64,000 nucleotides of DNA from Haliotis cracherodii (Eukaryota), in contig NW_027266308.1 of assembly GCF_022045235.1 (NCBI RefSeq), positions 48,794,001-48,858,000 on the forward strand. The letters run 5' to 3'. The notes beneath the pieces were generated by a model, which saw nothing but the letters and a program-made list of their open reading frames with translations, was not told the origin of the DNA and searched no databases. Of this stretch, positions 25,638 through 36,700 are shown piece after piece. The first letter of the stretch is position 1. Every line of letters starts with the position of its first letter. The translations under genes were made by a program, and so were the position numbers.

Positions 25638-27889
25638 TAAAAGTAACTACGAATCTATGTCTTTTGTGTCATTGAAATATGTATTGGTGTCTGTATATAT
25701 CTGTGTGCAACTACTTCCACTACTAACACCACCACCACAACCACCACTACTCCTACCAAACGGGTTTCGAAGGATGTTTGTTACTCCACAACTTCAACGG
25801 CGGAAAGCTCACTTATGAGGGTCGTCTTGTCCACGATCTCCCAGCAACACCTGCACCCCGTGTCTCCAGCCAGGCAATGCATTTGAGTTGTTTATACCTT
25901 TCCGCTCAGATAATAAATAATCATTCTTTTCAGCAAAAATAGTAACACGATGCAGGTAATGAATAATTATAATCATGTGTGACATGTTCATGGGATTATC
26001 TTTTATTCATTTTAGATAATTATTCTCTCCTCTTGAAACCATTTGTTATTCAATCGTGTCATAACGTGGTTGAAATAATAATTATTAATTCTAAACGTGC
26101 TCTTAGGTATCTTGTGTCAGACGAGGGTCGACTGTAAGGGTATTACTTTTGTCTTATGTAGAAAAAAAGCATCAATACTTTCACGCGGCATACTTTCACA
26201 CGTTCAGGTTATTTCAACGACGAAGTGATACAAAATATAAGCTATCCTTGGAACTTTAAAAGGTACGCTGTGTCAAGCTAAACAAAGTATGCTTGGAGTT
26301 CTGTTTTGTTCGGGTTATTGTCAATTTAAAAGTTGCGTCCTATACATTTTTATTCCAACAGAGGTGATCTAAAGAATCAATAGTTTGCAACACTACTTGA
26401 ACTTAGACTGACGATTTTCATCTAAACTTGCTCAATATGAAATAAGATAAGCAAATACGCCTTGTATGTATGTGAAGTGTTATTGTACACGCGAAACACG
26501 CCCTAAGTTTATTACTAAATTCAAAATTAAAATATTGAATCACATGCAAAGGTGAAACTCTTTTCAGATTACAATGTAAATGATTGGATTTCTTAAATTC
26601 ACAGTTTATCTAAATATACACCTGGGGTCGAGAACTATACAAAGTTTACGACAATTTCTATGTGTGCCTCTGTTAACAATAACATACGAAAGTTTAAGCG
26701 CGATATCTTAACTAATATCTTAAGGACACTTTAAACGTGCGGTGCACTTCATATGAAGACTAAGCTAACACGTCATATATAAACTGTCAAAGTTACACAG
26801 CGAGATTTAAGTGTATCACCCATTGATGCAAAGCCGGTCTGACACTGAGTATGACCTTCCACGGTTCAATCTAAGTTTCTTCACACGTTTATTGAAACTG
26901 TGAAATTGATGTAGATATTCCTTTTGAGCAAATCTCCGTGATCCTTTCAGGTGTCAGTGTAATGCTATATTTATATTAGTGGAGTCGGTTCCTCGTTATT
27001 TACGCGATAAAATGAAAAGAAAACAAGCTCACAATGATACGGCCACAGAACTGGTGAAATGTATAGGAGCGTAATTTGGAAGCGTTTAGCAACTCGTGTA
27101 TGGTCGATGTTCGCCGAATCACACCTGGTCGAGATTCCATTGTCATCTGGTTAAGGGCAAGCCCACTTACCATACTCTCCTTAATTTCTCTTTATCCTCC
27201 TTCTATACATCGTTTGAAAACATCGCATAAAATAGTTTGTTTTGTGAAAGGGAAGCCAAATATTTGTGCGATGGCATACAGCACTGTCGGGTTATCGGTG
27301 TTCAACAAGGGTGCTCTCTCTACCCCTTCCTTTTATGCGTTTTTCTAAATAGTGTTGGAAATCTCTCAATGCATTTGTGTAGAACATTTGCAAGGAACCG
27401 GAGAATCTATTTGTTTGAGATCTAGCTCCGAGCTTACCTCCAGGCGAAATCTGCCTGTGTTCTCTCATAACGGGGAAACATTTATCGCTTTCTAAGCTTG
27501 CGAAATGCACCGATGGATATTTGTACCGCACACGGAGAAATGTATATAGGGTGCTGTTTAGATTAAATCCTGCCAGAGGCCTTATAAACGTCTGTATCGA
27601 AACATACCGAAACCAGAAAACAGGGATGACTGAAGTGGCTCTGGAAACCCCATTGTTCAGAAGAGATGACACTAACCACAACAAGGTCAACTGTTATTCA
27701 GCAGTATCACAATTCCATCATATAAACGTCGCCTGACTCCTGCGGAACTGGTCGCTGGTCACCCGACCCCTCTACACCCCTCAGGGCCTGAGACAGTTGT
27801 GGTGGTCTAGACAGTCTGTTATATTCCTTAGAAGCATATGTCTCTCGGCAGTTGTAAAGGCACTGAACAATGTTTATCCTTAATCACAA

Positions 27890-28030
27890 TAGTGAGTCTG
27901 GTTTTACGCCGTTTTAGCAACATTCCATCAATATCACGTTGGGGGACACCAGAAAATGGGTCGGATCGAATCCGGGTCTTCTGCGTGATGACTGATGAAC
28001 GCTTTAGCCACACTGCCACCCCACCGCCGC
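27890..28030 (-). mobile_element. SINE family B
   Basis: gtgagtctggttttacgccg...ggggacaccagaaaatggg...cgggtcttctgcgtgatg. Confidence 0.75.
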
Positions 28031-28199
28031 TTAATCTGAGAATCTAATAATTTGGATCATCTTTAGAAACATTTTTAGAGGCGACTTTATCAAACCAATA
28101 TCACAAACTGTACCACGTATGCGATGACCAAACCTATTCTCAATTACACTAAAGTCGAACTGTTTGATTGCAGCTCGCGAAAGTTGACATATTTTATAT

Positions 28200-28348
28200 C
28201 TCGGGGCCGGTGAGATAAGCGACAGGTTAAAACGTTGACACGGGTCCAGGTTTGATGCCCCGCATGGGTATGAAGCATGTATGAAGCTCATCTCCCGCTG
28301 TGATAATGTTGACATAGTGCTAAAAGTGGCGTAAAACCAATCTCACCC
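28200..28348 (+). mobile_element. SINE family B, degenerate
   Basis: ccaggtttgatgccccgcatgggta...gctaaaagtggcgtaaaacc. Confidence 0.55.
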
Positions 28349-29459
28349 ATTGTTACAATTTCACAGCCTATATTTCAAGGAGATACATTTTGAATATCTT
28401 TATTAATCATTCAGACGGGAAACAATTTTTAGAATTCAAGTTCAAAGAGTACATTATCAGTCAAATAAAATATATAGTATGATACACGATTAAAGAGGAA
28501 ATAACGTCTAATGTTATCACGCATAATGATCATATTGTTTGCTTGGTCACCTGGTTCAAATATTACGGAAAGACACTAGCATAAGCCGCAACAAAGAACT
28601 TATTGATAAGAAAAGGCTATCCTGATTGTAGTCATTTATTTTGATCAAGATAGTGTCATGCCCTTAAGGATAGATATATTAAATGTCAATAATAATAATC
28701 CTTAAAACTAACATAAAAAAATAACGACAACTTGATGCAAACAAGAAACACTATCACCTGAGGAAAATCAACTAATTAGCCTTTGCATAGTGTACAGTGA
28801 AGGCCAAAATCGTCATTAATGCCACGACTTCTGTATACATTGTTCAGGGGGAGATAAAAGGAGACCAAAACAATGGTGCCACAGGGACAATGCCATTCGA
28901 GATTCTCAGTTTCCGGGCAGAAGGGATAATGTTAGCGCAAGACGAAATAATTTTCCATGCATTCCTAAGCAAACAACACATTGTACTATTTGTAACAAGC
29001 ACATAATGAATAATTGAAGCCCTTGGTAAACCATCTTCTGTCATATTATGTTAGTCGTATTATTGGGACTGCAAGTGCCTTTAATATTGCATCAGGAAGA
29101 AAGATTGCACGGTAGGAAATGGCATTTAGCTCCATGCGCAATGATATGGTTCTGAAGGTGGATCTCTTATCAACTTTTATTTAATCATTTTTCTTATAAA
29201 AACACGATCGAAAAAACGTGTGATTGTTATGATTGATTCTAATGAGCAAATGTTGTGGTAGGAACTTATTGAGTTTTGGTGACACGAGACGCATTGCATG
29301 AATTGCACCAGGAAATCTCGTAGTGACGTAAGTCGTGAACATTCACCCTACTTGATGAAACTCAAGAGTTTGGCGATTCGAACCCATGATGAGCGGATCC
29401 TTACGTGACTAAGGGACGCAAATGTGCATAGTGTGGACGACTGAGCCAACCGTACCCAT

Positions 29460-29565
29460 CCTAGTAGTGGTGGAAGTACGGAAGTAAGAGCAAGTGCAAT
29501 TAGTAACAGCAGCAGAGGTAGTAGTAGTAGTAGTGGTAGTGGTAGTTGTAGTTGTAGTTGTAGTT

Positions 29566-29596
<31 letters not shown>

Positions 29597-29995
29597 AAGA
29601 AGTAGTAGTAATAGAAGTAGTATTAGTAGAAGTAGTAGTAGTAGAAGTAGTAGTAGTAGTTAGAGGAGGAGGAGGAGGAAGAGGAGAAGTCGAAGTGGGA
29701 GTAGTGGTAGTTGGAACGGGTGTAATAGAAGTAGTAGTATCAGTAGGACTAGGAGTAGGGATAATATGATCTGTTAGGAGTTGTCTGAGTTGGAGAAGTT
29801 TGAGTGGAAGTAGTAGGAGTAGAAGTAATAGGAGTAGAAGAGGTAGAAGTAGTAGAAATAAGAGTAGGAGGATGCGAATGAGTAGTAGTAGATGTTGTGG
29901 TGGTAGGTTTAGGAACGGCAGTCGGAATAGGAGTGGTGGAAGTAGTAGTAGTAGTAGCAGCAATAACAGTAGTAGTTGGAGCAGAAGCAGACGGT
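29460..29995. repeat. (AGT)n / purine-rich low-complexity microsatellite
   Basis: Long gtagtagta runs; source of spurious poly-V/T/L ORFs. Confidence 0.95.
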
Positions 29996-29997
29996 AA

Positions 29998-30185
29998 GAT
30001 GAGGTGAAATGGGGTTTAATAGTCGCGTACAGGGTACACATATATTTCGACGTGCATGCACGTGTGTGTGTGGCTACTTGTGCTAATGTCGGTTTTATGG
30101 TCCTGGCCCACTGAGATATAATGCGCAGTTTAACATGGATACCTATTCAGACACATTATACTGACTTAGGGCAGACCAGTCCTGG
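29998..30185 (-). mobile_element. SINE family D, 3' half
   Basis: gaggtgaaatggggtttaa...gcagtttaacatggatacc...acacattatactgac...gaccagtcc. Confidence 0.7.
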
Positions 30186-30919
30186 CTGGACGCTGGGTTA
30201 GAAGAGAGGTGCCAAGTTCTTGGAAACCATGTCCACGTACACCAACCGAGCATTGGCCGACTCTGACACGTTATCGGCAAACAGGTAGCGTCCGTGACAG
30301 GCAACGTCACGTAACAGCGCCCAGTCAAAGACGCTTCGGCTAGCAATAAGAACAGCAGAAAATAAATCCTGTTTAGTTTTGTCATCAGTATGGCCGTACA
30401 TAGATAGATAAATAGTAGATAAATGCAATTTCTTTCGAATTACTGTCTTTTGTGATGAGACCGGCTTCTGAGTAACCTCTGTTGATTGAATGACCCTTAG
30501 TTTCCCTGATATGAACCCGATTGATCCCATGTGGGATGAACTCGGTGGACATATGGGCTGACGTCACCCACCACCCAATGACGTCCCGTCCTTGACCCTT
30601 AGCCTTGCAGGAGCAATGGAGGAACATCCGCATACCCCATCTTTGTGACTCGATGCCACGCTATTTACACGCATGCCTTTGCGCAAATGATGTCTACATC
30701 ATACATTGACCTCTTTATCTTGGGGCGGTGCTGTGACACCGCATCCCCCCCCCCCCCCCCCCCCCCCCCTCTGGCACCAGGATCTCCTGTGTACACATGT
30801 TGTCATACAGTAATCATTCTTTCTCATGAGTAAATATTTACTGCTAAAAGCGTTTTCTTGTTGAGTTTACTGTTTAATACGTGTTTTCATTGTGTCAATG
30901 TATCAGGGGTATTCTGGGT

Positions 30920-31021
30920 AGGGGAGTAGGAGTAGTAGGCGTAGTTAGATTAGGAGTAGAAGACGTAGTAAGATTAGGAGTAGTAGTAGTAGTAGTAGCA
31001 GCAGCAGCAGCAGTAGTAGTA

Positions 31022-31064
<43 letters not shown>

Positions 31065-31420
31065 CAGACGTAGTAAGATAAGGGGAAAAGCAGCAGTAGT
31101 AGTTGTGAGAGCAGGGCCAACTTGCACAAAGCGATCTTAGCATTAAGATGATCTTAACTCCCATACTTTAACATAGGCTTACAATAGTCTTAGCGCTAAG
31201 ATCGTTTTGTGCAAGTGGGCCCAGGAGTAGTAGTAGGAGTAGTAGTAATAGTGAGAGCAGGAGTGTTAGTAGGAGGAGTAGAGCAGTAAGATAAGGATAG
31301 TAGTAGAAGGAGGAGTAGCAGTAGCAGCAGCAGCAGTAGGAGGAGGAGGAGTGGTGGTAGTGGTGGTTGTGGTATTGGGAGTGAGGGTAGGAGAAGGATA
31401 GTAGGAGAGGGAGAAGTAAC
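30920..31420. repeat. (AGT/AGC/AGG)n low-complexity region
   Basis: Trinucleotide runs flanking the MITE. Confidence 0.9.
31115..31221. mobile_element. PIF/Harbinger-like MITE, 107 bp
   Basis: TIRs ggccaacttgcacaaagcgatcttag / ctaagatcgttttgtgcaagtgggcc; 3-bp TSD CAG at 31112-31114 and 31222-31224; empty-site-like gtgagagcaggagt at 31251. Partial relative at ~52855-52935. Confidence 0.85.
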
Positions 31421-31607
31421 GGGTGGATCTGTCACACTTCTTATCTCTGAAAGAAGGAGTAGAACCAAAAATATTGTCCACGTCACATTCAGAACATCTA
31501 GCAACTCCAGCTGACAAGTCTTTCTTTTCTTCGCAAAACCTTGTTTCCAGCATTTAAAGAGTGGGAGACGGGAGAGTTTCAGGGGACAAGGAGAAGGCGT
31601 GGAGAAA

Positions 31608-31800
31608 GTACGGTTCGGGACCGAAGAAGAAATAGCGGGAGTCGTGGAGCCGTAACAGTTCGGGACCGGAGAAGAAATAGCAGGGGAGTCGTGGAGCCGT
31701 AACAGTTCGGGAAAAGGTGAAGAAATAGCAGGGGAGTCGTGGAGCCGTAACAGTTCGGGAAAAGGTGAAGAAATGGAAAGGGAACGGTTCGGGAGAAGGA
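31608..31800. repeat. Tandem repeat, 47-48-bp unit, ~4 copies
   Basis: gtcgtggagccgtaacagttcggga at 31641, 31688 and 31736. Confidence 0.9.
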
Positions 31801-32570
31801 GAATGGTGTAGGTAGCAACTGTTTCGAAGTAAAAGGAATGGAAAGGGCGCGGTTTGGGAGAAAGAGCAAATTGATTGCCCAATGCTCATTCACAGCTGTT
31901 AACAAAAGATAGAAGTAACTCTAATATTTCAATTATTATAACAGTGATCAATAATAAATTAGCAATAACAAATTACATCTTTGACCTTGTCCTTTATCAA
32001 TAAATAAAAAAACAAAGATATTTTAAAACTAACAAGCATCAATATTTTAGCATAATTTTTATGTCAATTACCAATGTTAAGATATTATTTTAAATCACTG
32101 TACTGTGTTCGTCACGCATGTGTTGATGTCGCGACAAATATTGACAGTCATGGGTTTGTTTATGTCCTTGAAAACCACTGTTATATTGAAACACACATAC
32201 AAGTCGTTAATATTGGGGACATGTGTCCCACATTGTTATCAGCATTATATGCAATATTGAATATTTATTGAATCGTTTCCTATTATTTCTATGCATGACG
32301 TAATGTATAGAATACGGTTGCCGAGACTTTCCGTCGATTCGACCAGTTCGTGTAATCAGCTGAATTTAAAAAAAACACATGATAATACGAGGCAGAGTCA
32401 TGGATTTTAGAATGTTGAAACATGAATAATATTATTTGTTTTGTTCTTTTTCTTGGTTTAACCCTGCGATAAGGAAAGGTCATCCATATCAAGGTAGTCG
32501 GTAAGTCATCGATTTTGGGGGTCGAACACATATGATATTTGGGAGAAGGGGTATGGGTCGGAAGGAGATT

Positions 32571-32596
32571 GCGTGTATGTGCGCTCAGATACTAGT
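32571..32596 (+). mobile_element. Helitron-like 3' terminus (hairpin plus CTAG-T)
   Basis: gcgtg-tatg-tgcgc hairpin (3 GC and 2 GU pairs), 7 nt, then CTAG followed by T. Confidence 0.35.
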
Positions 32597-32601
32597 AGTT
32601 C

Positions 32602-32767
32602 NNNNNNNNNNNNNNNNNNNNNNNNNNNNNNNNNNNNNNNNNNNNNNNNNNNNNNNNNNNNNNNNNNNNNNNNNNNNNNNNNNNNNNNNNNNNNNNNNNN
32701 NNNNNNNNNNNNNNNNNNNNNNNNNNNNNNNNNNNNNNNNNNNNNNNNNNNNNNNNNNNNNNNNNNN
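32602..32767. other. Assembly gap (N run)
   Basis: N bases. Confidence 1.
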
Positions 32768-33164
32768 ACATGGGTTTTCACTCTTTAAATCGCTCTTTCA
32801 CTCTTTAATTTCACTCAGATATTTCAACACAAGTCGATGAAAGTTCACAACACCAAAATCATTCTTCCAATTTTTTCAGTTTGTAAACAGTAATAACCAG
32901 TGTCCTTGGTGTAAACCGTACCGCTAACCAGCTTCAGCAGCAGGTTTCAGTGATATCATTTGATTGTGAAGTCATGGTAATTGATGACATCACAATGGTC
33001 TGCAAAGCATTGTGATGTAATCTCTTTGCTGCGATATCTCCCGTGGAGACCAGTTCGAGATAATAAATGTCATATCATGTCTTCTCATTTACATTACAAT
33101 GTCCTTGCGGGTAAGTGATGGGTGTGATGAAGTGAGTGAGTGGTTCATTCGTTTTTCGTACTAG

Positions 33165-33960
33165 ATCCCAAAGCTCCATAAAAATATGTACAAAGAGAGA
33201 GATATTGCTGGGTCCCGCAAATGTACCACCCAATCGTTTAACCAATTTCCTTCATACAGCCACATAAAGACTTTCTTTACATTCACAGAAAGCATTTGAG
33301 ACAATTAGACTTAATAATGAGTAGATTCCTCAGAACTCAAAGGATTTGCTTGCCTTTTTACAATCCCAGAGTAGTACCAGTTTCAATTCTTTCAAAACAT
33401 TTGATTTTTCAACTTTGTACACCACTATCCTACATGACAAACTTAAGGGAAAATTTAATTCCTTAATATATGGGGCTTTGTTACAAAAGGTGGTGACCAT
33501 TGATAACGTTACATACGAGCATCAGGTCAATTTGTCAAAAATGAAAGCAAATGCTATCTGAAGTACACTGAGAAACGATATGTGAAATGCTGGACTTCCT
33601 CATTGATAATATCTATGTAACATTGGACGTAAGACATTTATGCAAGAAGTAGGCATCCTCATGGGCACCAATTGTGCTCCCCTTCTTGCTGATCTGTTTC
33701 TTTATGCCGCATATGAATCAAAATTTCTGCTCGTATTGCAAAGTCAAAACAAGGTAATTTGGCCAAGAAGTGTAACTAAAACTTCAAGTATATCGATGAC
33801 CTGATATCGTTCAAATAGCCATCACATAGCCAATTCCCTTCCACTGATTTACTCATCTCAACTAAAAATAAAGACCAGTGAGACGGCCTCATCTCTTTCA
33901 TATTTGGATATAGGCATAAGGATTCATAGTGACAATAAAGCGACAAAAAAACTTTCCAAA
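33165..33960 (+). pseudogene. Penelope-like (Naiad-type) retroelement reverse transcriptase fragment, frameshifted
   Basis: IPKLHKN..KER.IAGSRKCTT, FKTFDFSTLYTTILHDKLK, MLDFLIDNIYV, GILMGTNCAPLLADLFLY and KYIDDLIS motifs in collinear order, with stops and frameshifts. Confidence 0.85.
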
Positions 33961-34157
33961 TCAAATAGAAATCTCTGTATGAAGCAGAGTCGATTGTACG
34001 ATTCCGACTATATCATGTGCATGTGTTTATGAATCACTATCAAATAGTAATAATTACCATTTGACGCATCAATGACAAGAATGAATTTCCTATTTTGACT
34101 TCTTCCATTGTTCCCGTATTTTTTCAGGTGAACATTTGACTTGCCTTTGCGTGTGTT

Positions 34158-34218
34158 TGTGACGGGTGCCATCGGTCGGGCAGGATACGCTCACCTTTTC
34201 GCGAACAACTGCTTTCAT
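34158..34218 (+). repeat. Family E motif downstream of the Penelope-like RT
   Basis: gtgacgggtgccatcggtcgggcaggatacgctcaccttttcgcgaacaactg. Confidence 0.6.
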
Positions 34219-34399
34219 CTTTGATAACTATTAATCAACATGACATACGTTCTTTATAATCATACTTATAAAAAAGTTGCATGTGTATCATATTAGTAGC
34301 GTATTTTAGAACTGATGACGTATGTAAGAGTTGTACACAAACTATATGCAACAGTGAAAGCAATACGACATGAAGTAAAGTGCACAATTAATGTGTCAA

Positions 34400-35411
34400 G
34401 AACAATATTGACCATAGTCTTCAAGTTTACCAAGAGGGTAGATAACCGTCGCTTGTTTCATGAACAAACTCATTATGTAAATTAATGTTTTCTTACCTAA
34501 AGGAAATTGACAAATATAGTTGATTATTTGACACCATATGTGTTGATGAAACTTGGGTGAACAAGAACCATGCGACAGATTACATGTGGCTTCCAAATGA
34601 TCAATCTGATGCTCCAAAGATACCGTCAGGCAAAGGCAAACATCTCATAATTGTACATGCTGGCACTTCTGACAAGGGTTTAATAAACCAATGTGATTTA
34701 GCTTTTGAGGCATAGTCTAATGATGGTGACTATCGTCGTCAAATGAATGGAACAACTTGTATACAGTGGTTCGAACATCAACTACTGCCACATCTAGATG
34801 ACTCAAGTCTGATTCTTCTGGACAATGCTTGTTACCATAATCTGAAGATTCCTGAAAGTATTGTTCCCAATATGAGAGAAGAAAAGCTGTCTAGCAAAAC
34901 TGGCAGGATGTGCGAGCTATCGTCTATGCACCCAAGGATACAAAACCAGTTGCCTATGAGAAGATCAAACGCCACCTGTTTATCAGACAGACAAGATGTC
35001 GGCTTGTCACGGGCACGCTATACTTAGAAACACCAGTGTGACATTGCGACCTCAGTCCAATAGAACCTGGGTAAACTGTAAAAACCTTTTGTCATAAACA
35101 ATACCTTATTAAAATGTCTGACGTTAAATTGTCGGTACCAGTTTCATTTGGACTGAGTGAGTTGGGTTTAACGCCGCTTTTAATATTATTCCAGTCCTAT
35201 CACGGCGTGTCAGCTTAATGTGGGAGGAAAGCTCGAAGTGATGCAGGTTTACCACTTCGGTGAAACCCACGAGCAGGGGTATGGTGCTGACAAACCTAGA
35301 AACCTAGTTTGGGCGAATCGGGATTCGAACCCACAATCACAGGTTTCTGGCGTGCCCAAGGGACGCAACTCTGCACAGCGAATCGCAGAGCCTTAAACGA
35401 CTGGGCCACCC

Positions 35412-35444
<33 letters not shown>

Positions 35445-35580
35445 TTTCATTTGGACGAATAGGTCATCATGTATGGCAAAATGCTGAAAGACATGTAATT
35501 GAGATTAAGCAACAGCATCGCTGATCAGAGGGTTTAAACATTAACAAAATCGATCCTGTAATTGTGAATCTTTCTGACAG
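34400..35580 (+). pseudogene. IS630-Tc1-mariner transposase remnant with long second D-E spacing (DD~80E, Sailor-like)
   Basis: DETWVN (34545)...PSGKGKHLIIVHAG...DY..QMN...WFEHQLLP...LLDNACYHN (34821)...HCDLSPIE (35063). The C-terminus W....HV continues after the SINE is removed. Confidence 0.8.
35154..35443 (-). mobile_element. SINE family C inserted in the transposase
   Basis: 13-bp TSD gtttcatttggac at 35141-35153 and 35444-35456; ~30-nt C run at the element's 5' end. Confidence 0.93.
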
Positions 35581-36530
35581 TTCAGTCTGATTCAGAAAAT
35601 GCTGCATAAAGTGTCATAGGAAATTTAAGACAATCCCCGCGCGACATGCACTGGTCACACATGATGTTCTTGTGCTGACCACGTGCACGTGCTATGAGTG
35701 TCGTGAAATCTATAATCCATGTAGGTATGTTCCTCGTTACTTACACTTTGTCAACAAACATCACTAAATGTGTCGTTTTGCTCCTGTACAAATTCATTTT
35801 GGTAAATGTTAAGAATCTATTTTGGTTAACTTATATAAAGTTTGTTTGTTATTCTACCATGTATTTGGAATTTACTCGATTATGATTGGTCAACCAGAGG
35901 CTATTAAATCACAATTAACCCCCTCTGATTGAAACAGCTGGAGTGACGGCCGCATCACCGCGGAAGCTGATATTCATAGAATAGTACTATTTTCAGTCAT
36001 TGTCGGTAGGCATATTTAAATAATTATATCTACAATTACTGGTTACATAATTCACAGATGCGGTTACTACAATATTCAAAGGATGTGTGGCAATACATTT
36101 CGTGCAGAAAACACGATAGAAATCTACAAAGGGAATGTATTTACGTTTTGGAGACAACAGAGAGCTTAGAATTTTGGCGTTTTCTATATACGAATGTGAC
36201 GTCATATCTTTTGCGTCACAATAAGCAATATGGCGTCATAATGGTGACGTGCGATGTAGAGCGAAAGCCTTGCAAAGTTTGTTTTCTCTAGGGATGCCCA
36301 CCTCATGTTAGCTTACTAAGTTGCCGTGCTTATATGCTTTCAATGCCTGTCATATGTTCGAGTGAAGTATTACGGTGTAAACAAACTGCTTGAGAAAATA
36401 CAGCGCCATATTTTGTTCGGTGATTCCTTAATTCAGATCAATAACCCACTCAAAACACTGGACCCATGCGCTTCACTCAGTATATTTGCTAACACCAAAG
36501 AGTTTGCGTTTTATTTAGTCATGGTAGAAT

Positions 36531-36700
36531 GGGGATAAACATACTGTGTTTTCAATGTAGAGCTAGGTTACCTGTAGATTTAACCGCGCTAAATTTAACA
36601 TTTGAAACCTCACGCTACGCGTCAGGTTCCAAATTCAATTCGCGCGGTTAAATCTTCAGGTAACCTTGCTCTACACTGAAAACACAGTACGTTTATCTCC
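36531..36700. mobile_element. 170-bp foldback (palindromic) element
   Basis: Outer arms of 59 bp with 5 mismatches (ggggataaacatactgtgttttc... / ...gaaaacacagtacgtttatctcc) plus an inner stem. Confidence 0.85.

Noticed and set aside
25455-25818. ORFs spanning N runs (also 32506-32840)
   Set aside because: Artefacts of assembly gaps.
29409-31905. Long ORFs rich in T, V, L and S (mucin-like)
   Set aside because: Translations of (AGT)n microsatellites and a 48-bp repeat, open on both strands; they cross SINE and MITE sequence.
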